Source of the DNA: Octopus bimaculoides
Taxonomy: Eukaryota
Reading direction: 5' to 3'
Assembly: GCF_001194135.2 (NCBI RefSeq)
Contig: NC_068981.1
Coordinates: 36,967,989-37,017,094 of the forward strand
Length of the DNA: 49,106 nucleotides
Of this stretch, positions 35,896 through 48,524 are shown piece by piece; positions within the stretch are counted from its first letter, which is position 1; each line of letters starts with the position of its first letter. A program made the position numbers and the translations under genes. Under the pieces are notes generated by a model, which was not told the DNA's origin, did not search any database, and worked only from the letters and a program-made list of their open reading frames with translations.

Positions 35896-37679
35896 ATCAA
35901 AAAATATGCAGCAGTTATATAACACAAGTATTATATTCGAAACACGATAGTTAGCAATATATCTCCGGCTCGAAACAAACGTAACGTAACTGTATGGAAT
36001 ACGAAGCCAACAGTCGTATCAGTAATTGGTTTAATTTCTTCAAAGACGTTGCAATAGACACTAACATTTATAAGAAAATTGATGCAAAATGTGTTTCACT
36101 GTCTTATAATAGAAGAATGAGACAAGTTGAAAACAAATTTAAAGAAATTACTAGTGAATACTACGCAGTGTGTAGACGCGTGGAGAAACTTGAAATTCTA
36201 TTAATCACTAAAAATAACATTATCAGTGACTGGTTGTTAATTGCACGACTGCCTTGCCGCGTGACTATCCTGTCTTTTTTATATTTGCTAATATTTTTAT
36301 GATTTAATTTTTCTATCATTTTCTGTTGAAGATAGGTGGGTGTGGTTTGACAGCGATTTGGTTTCTAATTCCAGTATGTTATGTGACAGCGTAAAGACAC
36401 GCCAGGTACCTCTATCCACAACATTCCAGATCACTAGAACACAACATGCATTCCATGTAAAACTGGGAAAATGATTTAGAAAAATGTTTCATTCAGGTGA
36501 TAGCAGAATTACTTTTCTTTTCAATGAGACATCAATAACATTTCATGTTTTTCAAATATTTTAAAATAACGACAGAGTTTAACTTGACTGTAGACCTATG
36601 AAGCGGTCACATCCATTACATACCCACAACATCTTCAGTGGTGCCTGTTTCCAATTGATCGTGGCGTGTTATCAAATTCACTTGCGTCAGGTTTACTATC
36701 TAAGTAACATCTGCTTCCATGGTATTGTTGAAAACAACATGAGATAGCATAATGTGGCTTAAAGATTTACAGTGCATTAGCAACTATGCAAATCTCGCCG
36801 CTTAATTACGTCATGCATTTTACAAATCAAACCCTGTGATTTCAGACGAGATGGTCACTACTGGACTGCTTTCAGCATTTAAAGTTTATCTGCATGTAAA
36901 TAAAAACTTCGCTAAACAAAAAGAACATATATTAAAGACTACTAAATAAACTGAACAAGTTCTAATACACTGACGCAGGTATAGCGCTATCTTTTAGACA
37001 TTCGCTTTGCATTCGCATATTTCCTTATTCGATACCACTGTTCAGAATCTTGAACAAGTCTCCTACCATCATCTCTATTTGATCAATGATTTGTATGCAG
37101 AATTTGATAGATATAAATTGTAAAAATTGGTTGAATAATGGTGGAATGCAGTGAACCCTTTTATTTGATCGTTGGACATCAATGACACTATTTTTCACGA
37201 GGTAGTATAAAAGAAAATAGATAAGTACAACTAAACACTCCTACATGCACATAATCACAGAAAAAGTGATTTTTAAATCACGTACCTGAAAAATATAAAA
37301 GATTTAGACTAAAACTAATCGTCACATTACATTTGCCATACACATTCTTCAACAATCCACTACATATATGTATTTGCACAAATATTTACTTACTCCTTGG
37401 ATAAAAACAAACAAACTAAAGGGCATATACAGGCGAACCTATAAAGCAATAATGATCTAAAGAGCATAGAAATAATAAATGTGGTCCAATATAGATGAAC
37501 TCACCGAACCTTGCCATAAGATTTGCTTACAAACTAGTAGCAAACTGCACGCACAATACCAATATTTATGAGAGAATCCTGGATTGATCTCTAGGAACGC
37601 TAATTTCCTTAACTCATCATCATCAGAAATGTGATAGAATCAGTAATCCATATGCAAGGTTATTGTTTAAAAGCCAAGC

Positions 37680-38420
37680 CAACTCACCTGAGCACACAAT
37701 TTCGACTAAGCTACAGTAGAACTGACTTTACTATGTTTCCCATCCGTAGAACGATTGCCTGGTTTATAGTCCAGAGAGTATTTTCATAACTTTGGATATG
37801 GACAAAACTTTCGATAGAGTTTGGAACAATGTATTCTGCAGCAATCTGACACCCAAAGCAACATAAAGGAGACACTCTTGCTATGGAAGAACCATCTCTT
37901 ATCTGACATCTATCAAAGAAACCTTTTTAGGTCAACTTCTTTTGTCACTCATCTATATATTAGTCCCATAAGACTGTTACTGCTCTCATAGATGATATAG
38001 TAACACATTTGAAAATGATCTTTACTGGCAGTCTTATTTTCACCATCATGTTGAGCTTTTGAAAGAAACCATGCAGTAGCCAGATTCAAAAGAGAGAGAG
38101 CTTATTAGAATGAAATCATGAGAAGCTGACTTGAAGTTACTATTTCAGACACCGAAAAGAAACGCAATGATTTTATTAAAGAAAAGTTGTTCATTAAACC
38201 CTAAATTATACTTTGAAAATTGCAAACTAACTATGCAAAGAGAAGGAAAAACAACTGAAATTCTGGATGTAACATTTAACAATGAATTAGTAGACGCAAA
38301 ATATGCGTTGCAAAGCTTCAAAACCGCTTGAGCACTTTGTAAAACTGCTAACAAGCCACCTGTAGTTATAAAGAGCAAATCCAAAGCGTCAAAACAAAAC
38401 CTGTCAAGAACATCGCAGTT
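37680..38420 (+). mobile_element. Decayed LINE reverse-transcriptase region (CR1/Jockey/L2-like)
   Basis: The fragments QFRLSYSRTD, IFITLDMDKTFDRVWN and EILDVTFNNEL resemble QFGFR...ST.D, FLD..KAFDRVWH and LGVTFD..L. Confidence 0.6.
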
Positions 38421-39269
38421 GATGAGGCTAAAGTTACAAAAATCTCGCTAACAACAGTTATACAACAGAATACAGACTACTACACCGACAGAAACAGAAT
38501 CTAATAAATGATACAGGCCATTGGAACTCAAAGTTATGGTGCCACTAAGGAATGAAGAATTGTTTTGCGCGAAGACTACTTCTTTCACTTCCGTTTAATG
38601 TTTGATGCTAACATCAACACACTGTTAAGCACGAGTTTCTTACACTTGGTTATCCACATAAATAACGGATTTCTCGAAGCAGCAATCAGAATCTTAGTTA
38701 ATGGAATATGAAGGTTTAAACATCGAATCCATAAAAGCCTGTCACTTTCTCCTTTGAAATATCAAGTAATCAGGGATTGGTCGATTAGACTGTCTTGCAT
38801 TTCAAAAGTTCGACGAGGCTTTTGTTACAGAATGCATGTAATAAAAATATTTATCTTTCACTTTCTTGTCTCGCTATCACCTCTCTTTCTTTCTCTTATT
38901 TTCTCTCTCTTTTCACATTTACACACATATATCATGGCAGTGCGCATGTGTTCCTGCATTATGTATGAATGTAGAAGAGTAGCGATGAAGTCCACACACT
39001 TTGACAGAACGATTTCTGACAACAATAACTTGGATACGGACCTAGAGCGCTTCATGAAGTCAGGTATTTTCGCTTTCGGTAGAGTTAAAGAAAATAACGT
39101 AAAATTATGCTCTCAACTAAATGCAAAGTTTGCCGTGTAGTAGAACTATCTTTTCAGATGTAATCTACTGAAACCTACACACAGTACTGTCGGCATACAA
39201 AAAATCTGATAAGCTGTCAGTTGTGTCTGTTACGATTTATAATAAACATATCTTCCTGAGACTACATAT

Positions 39270-39860
39270 TTTCTAGGAGGTCCTGCAGCATGCAAGTTTG
39301 CCTAGTGTTGAGCCTGTCCTGGTGGAATAACCGTTGAGCTGATTGGGATGTATTATTTGTATGGAGTATGATGTGAAGGAGGAAAAGGCGGAAGCAGAGA
39401 ATTACGGTAGTCTTACCTGTCTATCTGGAAGGGTCACTCACAAAGTCCACGTGTTCTGTCTGCCGCCGTACCGTCTAACACCCCTGCTCTCGTACGCTGT
39501 CCACTGCCAACTGACCGCTTGCGCCTCGCCGACCCCGCATGCCCACCGCGGCCCTTCCGGTGGGACCCACAGGCCCCACCTCCGACAGGACATGTGTACT
39601 TCCTCACTTCCGGTCTTTCCCTACAACACAGCCTGGCTCATAACATCATATGGAGGATACTAGGACTCGCAAGGCTGTGCTCTGTGGTGACCTGAAATGT
39701 GGCAGGCATGGAGGACAAGATTTCAAAACTTCGGTATGGAAATGTTATCTAACGACATCTCAAGCGAGTGAGCTGATTGTGATTAAATACAAGACAACAA
39801 TTGAGGACCACAAACAAGAGGGGCGGACAAAAATCGAAGGAATGAATTTACAAAATCAAA
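39270..39860 (+). mobile_element. RTE-clade LINE 3' fragments (39270-39370 and 39620-39860) bracketing a GC-rich insert
   Basis: EVLQHASLPSVEPVL..LGCIICME and MEDTRTRKAVLCGDLKCGRHGGQ resemble EVL.RA.LPSIE.ML...LRW.GHV.RMED.R.PKAVLYGEL..G.R..GGQ. Confidence 0.6.
39417..39615 (-). promoter_or_regulatory. CpG-rich island with ETS-type motifs and a consensus splice donor (candidate promoter/first exon or TE 5' region)
   Basis: About 65% GC with many intact CpGs in an AT-rich background. On the minus strand: CCGGAAGTG (39605-39613), AGGAAGT, CCGGAAG (39554-39560), and CAG|GTAAG with GT at 39416. Confidence 0.3.
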
Positions 39861-40802
39861 CTGGATGAGGCGATAGGAAAAGAAAAAAGATAAGCCAGAA
39901 CAATATCCAGTATATGTCTATCTGTATAGATATTTACACACATGCGCGCACATATATATCTATATTTACATAAACATGTGTGTAGGTACACACACTCATA
40001 TATCACATATCCACAATCTAATGTATATATGAATGTAAACTCTGAGAGAGAGAGGGGGAAGATAGAGAGAGTGAGAGAGGATATGAAAGAGACAGAAATA
40101 TACCAAAAAGTTAGACCGTCATCACACAACGTTCCAAATATTTTAGTAGAACTTGTAAATATAGACAGCAGCTATAGTTGCTGGACAAAACTAATAATCT
40201 CATTTGACTTCAGAGAAATTACATTTCAAAATGAAATTTCTTGGATTTTGTTACTCAGTCAATGTTATATATAAAGGAAAGAGAGAAATTTGTCAAGAAT
40301 AATCTAGTTGCACCTTGTTTGGTATTTGTAGGATAAGCTAGTACAAGATAGCATCACGTCAGTTTGATTAGATTTCAATACAATTTCCAATTCATTTGTA
40401 TAAATCACCTGATTATATCTAAATAAACAACTTTACTGTATTAAAAGAATGTGACAAGCATTTTCTATCTTTTATTCTGGCACCATTTTATTCTGTCTTG
40501 TCTTGAATTAAGCAGTATCCACTTGATTTCCTTCTGTAGACATTTAGTTCACAAATTAAAACTGGAAACTCCATTTTAGTGTCTCTTGATATTCTCCTGT
40601 GCTGCATGAATTTTTTGTATTAACTATGTCAGGAAATTACTTTTTCCTGGACGACGTTACTATAAAAACTTTCAAGCAATATAAATTTGCAATGTCATTA
40701 TTAATCTATCAAATTTAATTTAGTTGATAATAATATCTTGTATGTATGTACATGTGATGATACGTTATATTTTATTTTACACTTTTTATATGTTGTATAT
40801 AA

Positions 40803-40804
<2 letters not shown>

Positions 40805-40869
<65 letters not shown>

Positions 40870-40908
40870 GTTGTTGCTGTTGTTGTTGTTATTATTATTA
40901 TTATTATT
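40805..40908. repeat. (TTA)n/(TTG)n microsatellite
   Basis: Directly visible. Confidence 0.95.
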
Positions 40909-40909
40909 G

Positions 40910-41690
40910 AGGTGGCAAGCAGGAAGAACGTCAGGAAAAATACTCTGCTATATCTTTTGTGATTTATTATGTCCTGAGTTCAAATTCATCTGAGCCGACT
41001 TTGCCTTTCATTCTTTTGGAGTCGATAAAATAAGTGTCAGTTGAATGTAGGGGTCGATGTAATTGACAGTCATTCCCTAAAGTTTCTGGTCTTGTATCAA
41101 ATGTTTAAAACCATTATAAATAAGGCAAGTCAGTGAGCTGACTGAATCGTTGGCGAGCAGGACAAAATGCATAGTGGTATTTCGCCAGTTTTTACGTTCT
41201 GAGTTCAAATTCAGCCAGAATCGGTAAAATAAGTACCAGTCAAATATTGAGGTCAATGTAATCGACTAGTCTCCTCCTCCAAAATTTCAGGCCTTGTGCC
41301 TGTAGTAGAAAGGAATATAAATTAGACGGCAAGCTGGCAGGATCGTTATCGCATTGGAGAGAATGCTTAGTAGCATTTCTTCCGAGTTTTGTGTTCTGAT
41401 TTCAAATGCGACTTCACCTTGTATCGTTTCGGGGTCGATAAAATAAGTACCAGTTGATTACTGGGGTCAATGTAATCCACTAATCTTCTCCTACAAAAGC
41501 TTAAGTTCTTATAGTAAAGAGGATTCTGAGTTTACGCTCTGATTTCAAATGCCACCGTGGTCGACTTTACCTGCATCCTTTTGGGGCCGATGAAATATGC
41601 ACCAGTTAATCACTTAGGTTGATATAATCGACCCCCCACCCGACACTAAAATGTCAGGCCTTGTGCCTATAGTAGAAAGGATTATTATTA
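40910..41690 (+). mobile_element. Four head-to-tail SINE family A copies (about 40910-41112, 41129-41315, 41325-41524, 41525-41690)
   Basis: Each has a B box (TCTGAGTTCAAAT or TCTGATTTCAAAT) and the GATAAAATAAGTACCAG-type body. Confidence 0.85.
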
Positions 41691-41777
41691 GCTATTCTGT
41701 AGTTTTATTTGTATTGCTTCTATTACTAATAGAAGCCATACAAATGAAACTATGTAAACTCGGAATCCTTTCTACTA

Positions 41778-41957
41778 CGAGGGGAGCTGAAAAGTTCCTG
41801 ACTTCGGATAAAAGAAAGTACAGAAGGTTCAGCTAATTATGATTTTATTCAATTTATTCCCTTCTCAGATTCACACACTTATTGCAGCATGTCCTTCAGT
41901 TTTTAACCAGGACTTTCGCGATACTCTTATAGCTAGAAAGTTTTCAGCACCCCCACG
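41778..41957. mobile_element. Mariner/Tc1-derived MITE (~180 bp)
   Basis: TA|CGAGGGGAGCTGAAAAGTT ... AAGTTTTCAGCACCCCCACG|TG: imperfect terminal inverted repeats of the TACGAGGGG mariner type. Confidence 0.7.
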
Positions 41958-41969
41958 TGCTTATATAAA

Positions 41970-42127
41970 CACAAAGCTTGAAATTTTGTGGGAGGGGATT
42001 AGTAGACTACATTGACTCCAGTAATCAACTGGTACTCATTTTATCGACCCTGAATCGATACAAGGTAATGTCGCATCTGAAATCAGAATGCTAAGCATTC
42101 TGTCTGGTGCGGTAACGATACCGAGCA
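41970..42127 (-). mobile_element. SINE family A copy with an internal deletion, inverted relative to 41325-41524
   Basis: The RC is 83/92 identical to 41394-41485. Confidence 0.85.
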
Positions 42128-42561
42128 TAACTTTATAGGCTTTGAGTACGAGAAATGCTTTGTTATGAATGTATCCTACGCAATATGTTGACGGCACCTA
42201 CTAGTGCTAATTTCTGCATGTTGTGTATACATGTACAAGTCCTTGGGCTTTAAGAATTGTTCCTGTTTTAATTTCTAATATTGTTTTATTATTTTTATTT
42301 GGTTCAAAGAAAGGTACTTTGCCACCTGTGGAGTTGATAGGTTAATGTTCCTCTTGGACGGCAAGAAATATATGAAGAGGAAGAAAATTCCAAGGAACCA
42401 ACATTCTGGAAAGGAATGATTGGATGTAGTTATTAGTACTATGTCTTGGAGCGTGGGCACAATATGGGTGATGAGGAGTGATCAGTGATTTGAAAGTTTT
42501 GGTTGAAGTAACACGAGAACAGCTAGCTCTCTAAAGATCGGTTGCCATTACATTAATATTG

Positions 42562-42774
42562 ATTACAAATTTTGGCACAAGGCCAGCAATTTCGGGGTGA
42601 GAGTAAGTTGATTACATTAACTCCAGTACTCAACTGATGCTAATGTTATCGACCCCAAAAGGATGAACAGGCAAAGTCGACCTCGGCGGAATTTGAACCC
42701 AGAACGTAAAGACGGATGAAATGCTGCTAAACATTTTGTCCGGAGCTCTAACGATTCTGCTAGCTCACCGCTTT
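42562..42774 (-). mobile_element. SINE family A, near full length
   Basis: ...GGCAAAGTCGACCTCGGCGGAATTTGAACCCAGAACGTAAAGACGG...GATTCTGCTAGCTCACCGC. Confidence 0.9.
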
Positions 42775-45741
42775 AACTGTTTCAATATTAATATAATGGC
42801 AAAGGCGGTGAGCCTATCTATATTAGAAGTTCATATCTATCAATAGTATAGTACTTGGGGTTTGCGGTTGAGGATGCACGAACGTGAAATACTATCACTC
42901 TCCTAGATGTCACAACCCTACTCGATTGAGAGTCTTACTTGAACTTTGTAGAAGATAAGTTGTTTATTTCGAGAAAAGTATTTTCTGGCACTAAAGAGGA
43001 AGACTAGTTTTGTAATGCAATGTTTGCCATACTAACGATGTACTTTGGTCAGAAAAAAGGACCCTACTTGTATACTGGTCATGCATCATGAACTACGATG
43101 TTTTCTTGATACGCACAATGTTCGTGTTGTTAGAGACGACAAGACTGGCATGACCTCGTTGGTTAGAGTTTTAAGTCTTTATTAGTTGAGTCAGTATAGA
43201 TTTAGGTATGAAGCTATCTCTTTTTTACTTTCTCGTCTGTAACAAATATACTCTCTTTTTGACAGATTCATGCGACCTCTCACAGTACTATAATTTCTCA
43301 GTTGTTTATCCTCTTCATCTTTTTGCATAGATGCCTCTATGTGATTTGCCTTAGCGCTTTGAGATTAGTGACTGAAAAATTGCGATAAAGCTGCTATTAA
43401 AACTACTTATTGGCTCTTTTATGGCAGAAACACATTTTCATTTATTTATTTCCCATTAAGCTGGCTTAAATATATATTTTGAATAATAATGATTAAATAT
43501 ATATTTATAGGTATCAATCAACCAGTTGATAGATCTTGAGTTCAGTTCAGCTACGCTCATTTAATTATGTATTTAAGCTCTACACTTAATTTGCTTTTAG
43601 CTTAGGGATGTAGGTACCAAATCACCAAAAAGTAATATGAAATAGCTCAAGAGCTCTGTACTACACCTTCTTATTGTCATAAAACCTACTCTAATGTAGC
43701 ATTTTTTCAGAGATACATTATACTTTTTGCCATCTATATGACTTACCGAGGTAAGAAATTCGAGATTCAATATCATTCTAGAAATATTCAACATAAATAA
43801 AATGCTATAGAAAGCTTTTCATGTAAAATTGCTCATCTTATGCATGTAAGAACAGCCAAAATGTTTTAGATAAGAATCAAAGATATCTATCAATATATCC
43901 TTCAATAATATTCGTGTCTATTCATTTCCTGTACGAAACACTAATTTTCAGCGCAAATAGATAATTCAGTTATATTGGTGTAATGCAACGAAAAGGAAGG
44001 CTAGAATAATCTTTTAGCAAACATTGATTCCAAGTAAATAAATAGGCACATAAATATAATCACAACAATGCCAGTGATATCTACCGCAAGCTAAATATAC
44101 AAATTTACAGTCTCTAATTCAGATTCTGAAGCTTCTGTGTACATTACCTTAATTTGCTTCATGCTCTACTGTTTTGGGATTCGAAGCTTGCACGATAGTA
44201 TGTTGACATAAAACATTGCACTATTGTTCCAATGGATTGTTTCTTGCAGCAAGAATAACAGACCTATAATAATAATAAAAAAATTAATAACCAGAGGATA
44301 AAAATTAATAAAGAGATAACCAGTTACAAAATAAAGTGTATTGTTTATTTTGACTTCGGAATAAGTTTTACAGATTGAAAAAGGTAAACCTACTGATTAG
44401 AAATCTTCATCTTATTGTCCTGCTGTTGGTCAACAATCTTGCAGGAAAATTTTTAGCTAATGTTCATCCATGTTTTGTCTTCTTGTTATCTTATTCTTCA
44501 TTGTGAATATGAGGATTGTGATGTTGATTAAAATAATCACCATGATCATTGCAGGGAGTTATTATTTCTTCATTTTTATCATGTTTACCTATCCTGCCAA
44601 CAATTCTGCATACCAGAGCAATATCACTTTGTACATATTTATACATACAATCATGTTATTTACATAGTTTGTTACATTTTTGGCCTGACACCTGCAGGTA
44701 TACATAGCATAATATATCATATTCTGTTACAAAACCTTATCAAAAACAAATAAATAAAAATATGTGAATTATTGAATTTTGGTTTTTACGTTGTGGATGG
44801 TATTTTCGCACTTACCGTACATAATATCTGAAATGTTTGCAATACATTAGCAATTGCAGAAACATAATTCTGGTTAATTCCATTAAAAGTCTGTTCCCAT
44901 TTATATCTCAAACACGGCCTTTCAGTTAAAGCAGGATAGTTGGACTGATTGCTAAGTCAACATCTTGTGTGGTAGAAATTGTTTTGCTTCACAGCATGTG
45001 TATTTCAGCCATCAGCAAATAATGTTTTCATATTTTACTCTTGTTTTCCCAAAACGTTTCCCATCTTTGAAAATTGATTTTTAAATAAAACATCGTGATA
45101 GACACAAACAAAATAATAAAATAAATGCCGAACTTTTACTACAAATAAAATGCAAGAAAAATAGAAATCAAGTGCTAAGTGTAGCTTTTATTTATTAGAA
45201 AAACTTAAAATTCTAGAGCAAAAGTTGTATTTTTGTAGCAAAACTTTATTCGCTATGCCAAATGTTATTAAGAATTGTGATATTGTCCAATCTCTGCACG
45301 GACAAACATTCTGCTACAAACATTCATTGTTTTGTTTATTTATTTGTTTGTAGCTTAGGTATACCATGCTATGATTATATCCTCACAGGAAGCCATAGAT
45401 TCTTACAGAAACAGTTTTCGATCTTAAATTTCATACAAAAGATTTGTCGATAAGACATTCATAAAATTTGCATTTTGTAAACTGTAAAAAAAATAATAAT
45501 AATAAAGATACGCACACAACTCAGAGCACATCTCATATGAATATAAAAAACAGCTTTGTTTCATGTTTAGTGTGGTAGCAAGTTATTTATTCTATATACA
45601 GTTTCAGATATAATGAATGTTAATTATTTATGAATATATATGTATGTGTGTACACACACGTGCGCGCGCGCACACACACATACAAGCTTACGCACACACA
45701 CATACACACACACACATACACACACACTCTTACTCTCTCTT

Positions 45742-45775
<34 letters not shown>

Positions 45776-46110
45776 ATACATATGCATGAATGTATATATG
45801 TATGTATTTAAGTAAAAAAAAATCTCGGCAATGGATTTGATGGTTATGCTCTAATGTTCATACAGTATTAAATAAGTTGGATTCAGAAGAAATAAAAAGT
45901 AAAATTGTTTGGTGTGCATGTATGTTAGCCTACATATTCATTATTTATGATGTTTGCTTTTACATTAATTATTCGAGATGCTCTGTTTCAAGACATTTTC
46001 TCTTAGTTATCGTAATGGATGTCGCCATTAAATTTACTGTTGTATCTTTTTATACAAGTGAAATTAGGGCTAACTTCTTACAAACCACACATAATCAGGA
46101 TGAAATACTG

Positions 46111-46545
46111 GCTTCAAATTTTGGCACAATACCAGTAATTACGGGGTAGATAAGTCGATTACATCGACTCCAGTGCTCAGCTGATAATTATTTTATCGAC
46201 CAAAAGGGATAAAAGACAAAGTCGACATTGGCGGAATTTGAACTCTAAACGTAAAGACGTACGAATTGCTGCAAGCATTTGACGTGCAGTGCTAGCAATT
46301 CTGCCAGCTAACTGCTCTCAATCAGGCTAAAATATTGCTTTCAAGTTTGGCATCTGTCCAGCAATTTCGGAGGAAGGATAGGTCGATTAGATCGATCCCA
46401 GTGCTCAACTAGAACTTATTTTATCGACCCCGAAAATATGAAAAGCAAAGCCAACCTCGGTGGTATTTAGACTCAACGTAAAGACAGACTAAATGCTGTT
46501 ATGCATTTTTCCCGGCGTGCAAGCGATTCTGCCAAGTCTCCGCTT
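46111..46545 (-). mobile_element. Two tandem SINE family A copies (46111-46319 and 46338-46545)
   Basis: Both have a full head, B box, body and tail on the minus strand. Confidence 0.9.
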
Positions 46546-47172
46546 TATCAGGCTAAACTATTAATGCATTTTTCCGAATCTGGATTATGATTGTCAAAAC
46601 TTTAATGAATTTCAATTAAACTATTTCCTGAGAAAAAGTGTGAATAGACTGAAAATAGTTAATTATTAATAATCTAACCAGTAAAGAAGAGAATCAAAAG
46701 GTCACATTTTCAGAACATGTATCATAACGTAATCTTGATCTCCAACTTAATGTGGAGATAGTGTTAGAACACAAAATATTGCATTTTTTTGGCTTGAGAG
46801 AATCTCTCATAAGGACGCGTGTTGCATAAAAGCACTAGAAATATATCGTTAATAGATAAGAACTGACTGCTACGGCTGTCGGGACTGCCGTATAACTTGA
46901 TTTCACCCTGCTGTAGGTTCCTCAGTGACGATATCCAGCAGTGCGATACCAACCGAATCTTTCGTCAACGATATATGAATTTTCAGTGTCTGTTCAGGCA
47001 CTGGTGTCGTAAATAGCTAATGGGGCTTATTAAAAACAATTAATAGCAACAGAAGCATCATTGATACCAAAATGTAATCTAGATCTACAACTTAACGTGG
47101 AGGTTGTGTTAACATTTAAATGATCCACCAATGAAAATTCAAACAAGAAGTTTGAAAAGCAACTACATTATG

Positions 47173-47204
<32 letters not shown>

Positions 47205-47205
<1 letters not shown>

Positions 47206-47441
47206 CTTTTCTACTAAAGGCACAAAACCTGAAATTTTGGGAGAGAGGACTAGTCGATTACATCGACCCCAGTGTTTCACTTGTACTTAATTTATCAACC
47301 CCGAATGGATGAAAAACAAAGTCGGTCTCGGCGGAATTTGAACTTAGAACGTGAAGACGGACGAAATACTGCTTAGCATTTTGAACGGTGTGCTAACGAT
47401 TCTACCAGCTCACTGCCTTAATAATAACAATGACGATAGCG

Positions 47442-47510
<69 letters not shown>

Positions 47511-47785
47511 GGCATGCACTGTTCTCTCACTCAATAATAATAATAATAATAATAATTTTTTCTACTAAAGGCACAAGGCCTGAAATTTTGGGGCAGGAGC
47601 TAGTCGATTACATCAACCCCTAGTACTCATTTCTTCGTCTAGTATTAGTATACTAGTACTTATTTCATTGACCTCGAAAAGATGAAGGTAGACCTCGGTA
47701 GAATTTGAACACAAAACATGGTGATGGACGAAATACTGCTAAGCATTTCGCCCGGCGTGCTAACGGTTCTGGCAGCTCAACGCCC

Positions 47786-47787
<2 letters not shown>
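47205..47787 (-). mobile_element. Two SINE family A copies (tail variant) embedded in (AAT)n tracts (about 47205-47420 and 47555-47787)
   Basis: Plus-strand TTTTCTACTAAAGGCACAA..CTGAAATTTTGGG at the tail end. Each copy is flanked by (TTA)n or (AAT)n. Confidence 0.9.
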
Positions 47788-47836
<49 letters not shown>

Positions 47837-48524
47837 TAATAATAATGATGATAATAATAATAACAACAACAACAAAAACTATACATTACTTTAATGAAAA
47901 ATTATATGAAATTAACAATAGGTGTAAATGATTTTAAGAAAGAAAAATTAAGTATTTTGAATATAATGGGGAAAATTGATGACAAAAATTAGGGAAGAAT
48001 ATTGGGTTGCTGATTAAATGTATCAACTTGGAAGGAAAATATAAAGAATATTAAAACGTTATTTTGAGCTGAGAAACAGAAAAGAATTAATGAGAAGTAG
48101 TAACTTGGTGTAAATTATATGTAAATGGATTTCAGATAATTATGATTATGTTATAAAAGAAATAATATCTAACAGCTAAGCAAGTATTTCCATCGCAAGA
48201 TAAGTGATGTAATAATGTATTCCCACTAAAAGAAATAACTAATTAATTCTACCAAAATCTAAAAAGAAATTAAAAGCAAAGATTTGCTACAGTAAAACGT
48301 AGTATTTCAAAAATAAATTTGTTGGTTAAAGCCAGGATACTACGTATCATATTAATACATTAGAGTGAAATTAGATTCCACTGAATAGTGCAATGATAAT
48401 TCCCAAACTTTGAGGAATCGTTTTCCTTAGGTGTTGCGTTGGTCCTAAATCAATATATTAGTAAATACGCTAATTTAATCATTAAAAAAAATTACATTCA
48501 ATGTTTTGTGATTAAACAATAATA

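Noticed and set aside
37680-37700. Minus-strand consensus donor CAG|GTGAGT
   Set aside because: It lies at the edge of a plus-strand LINE RT relic, with no supporting exon.
40910-41690. Regularly spaced repeats superficially like a CRISPR or satellite array
   Set aside because: The units are ~200-bp diverged SINE copies in eukaryotic DNA, with no short invariant repeat-spacer structure or cas genes.
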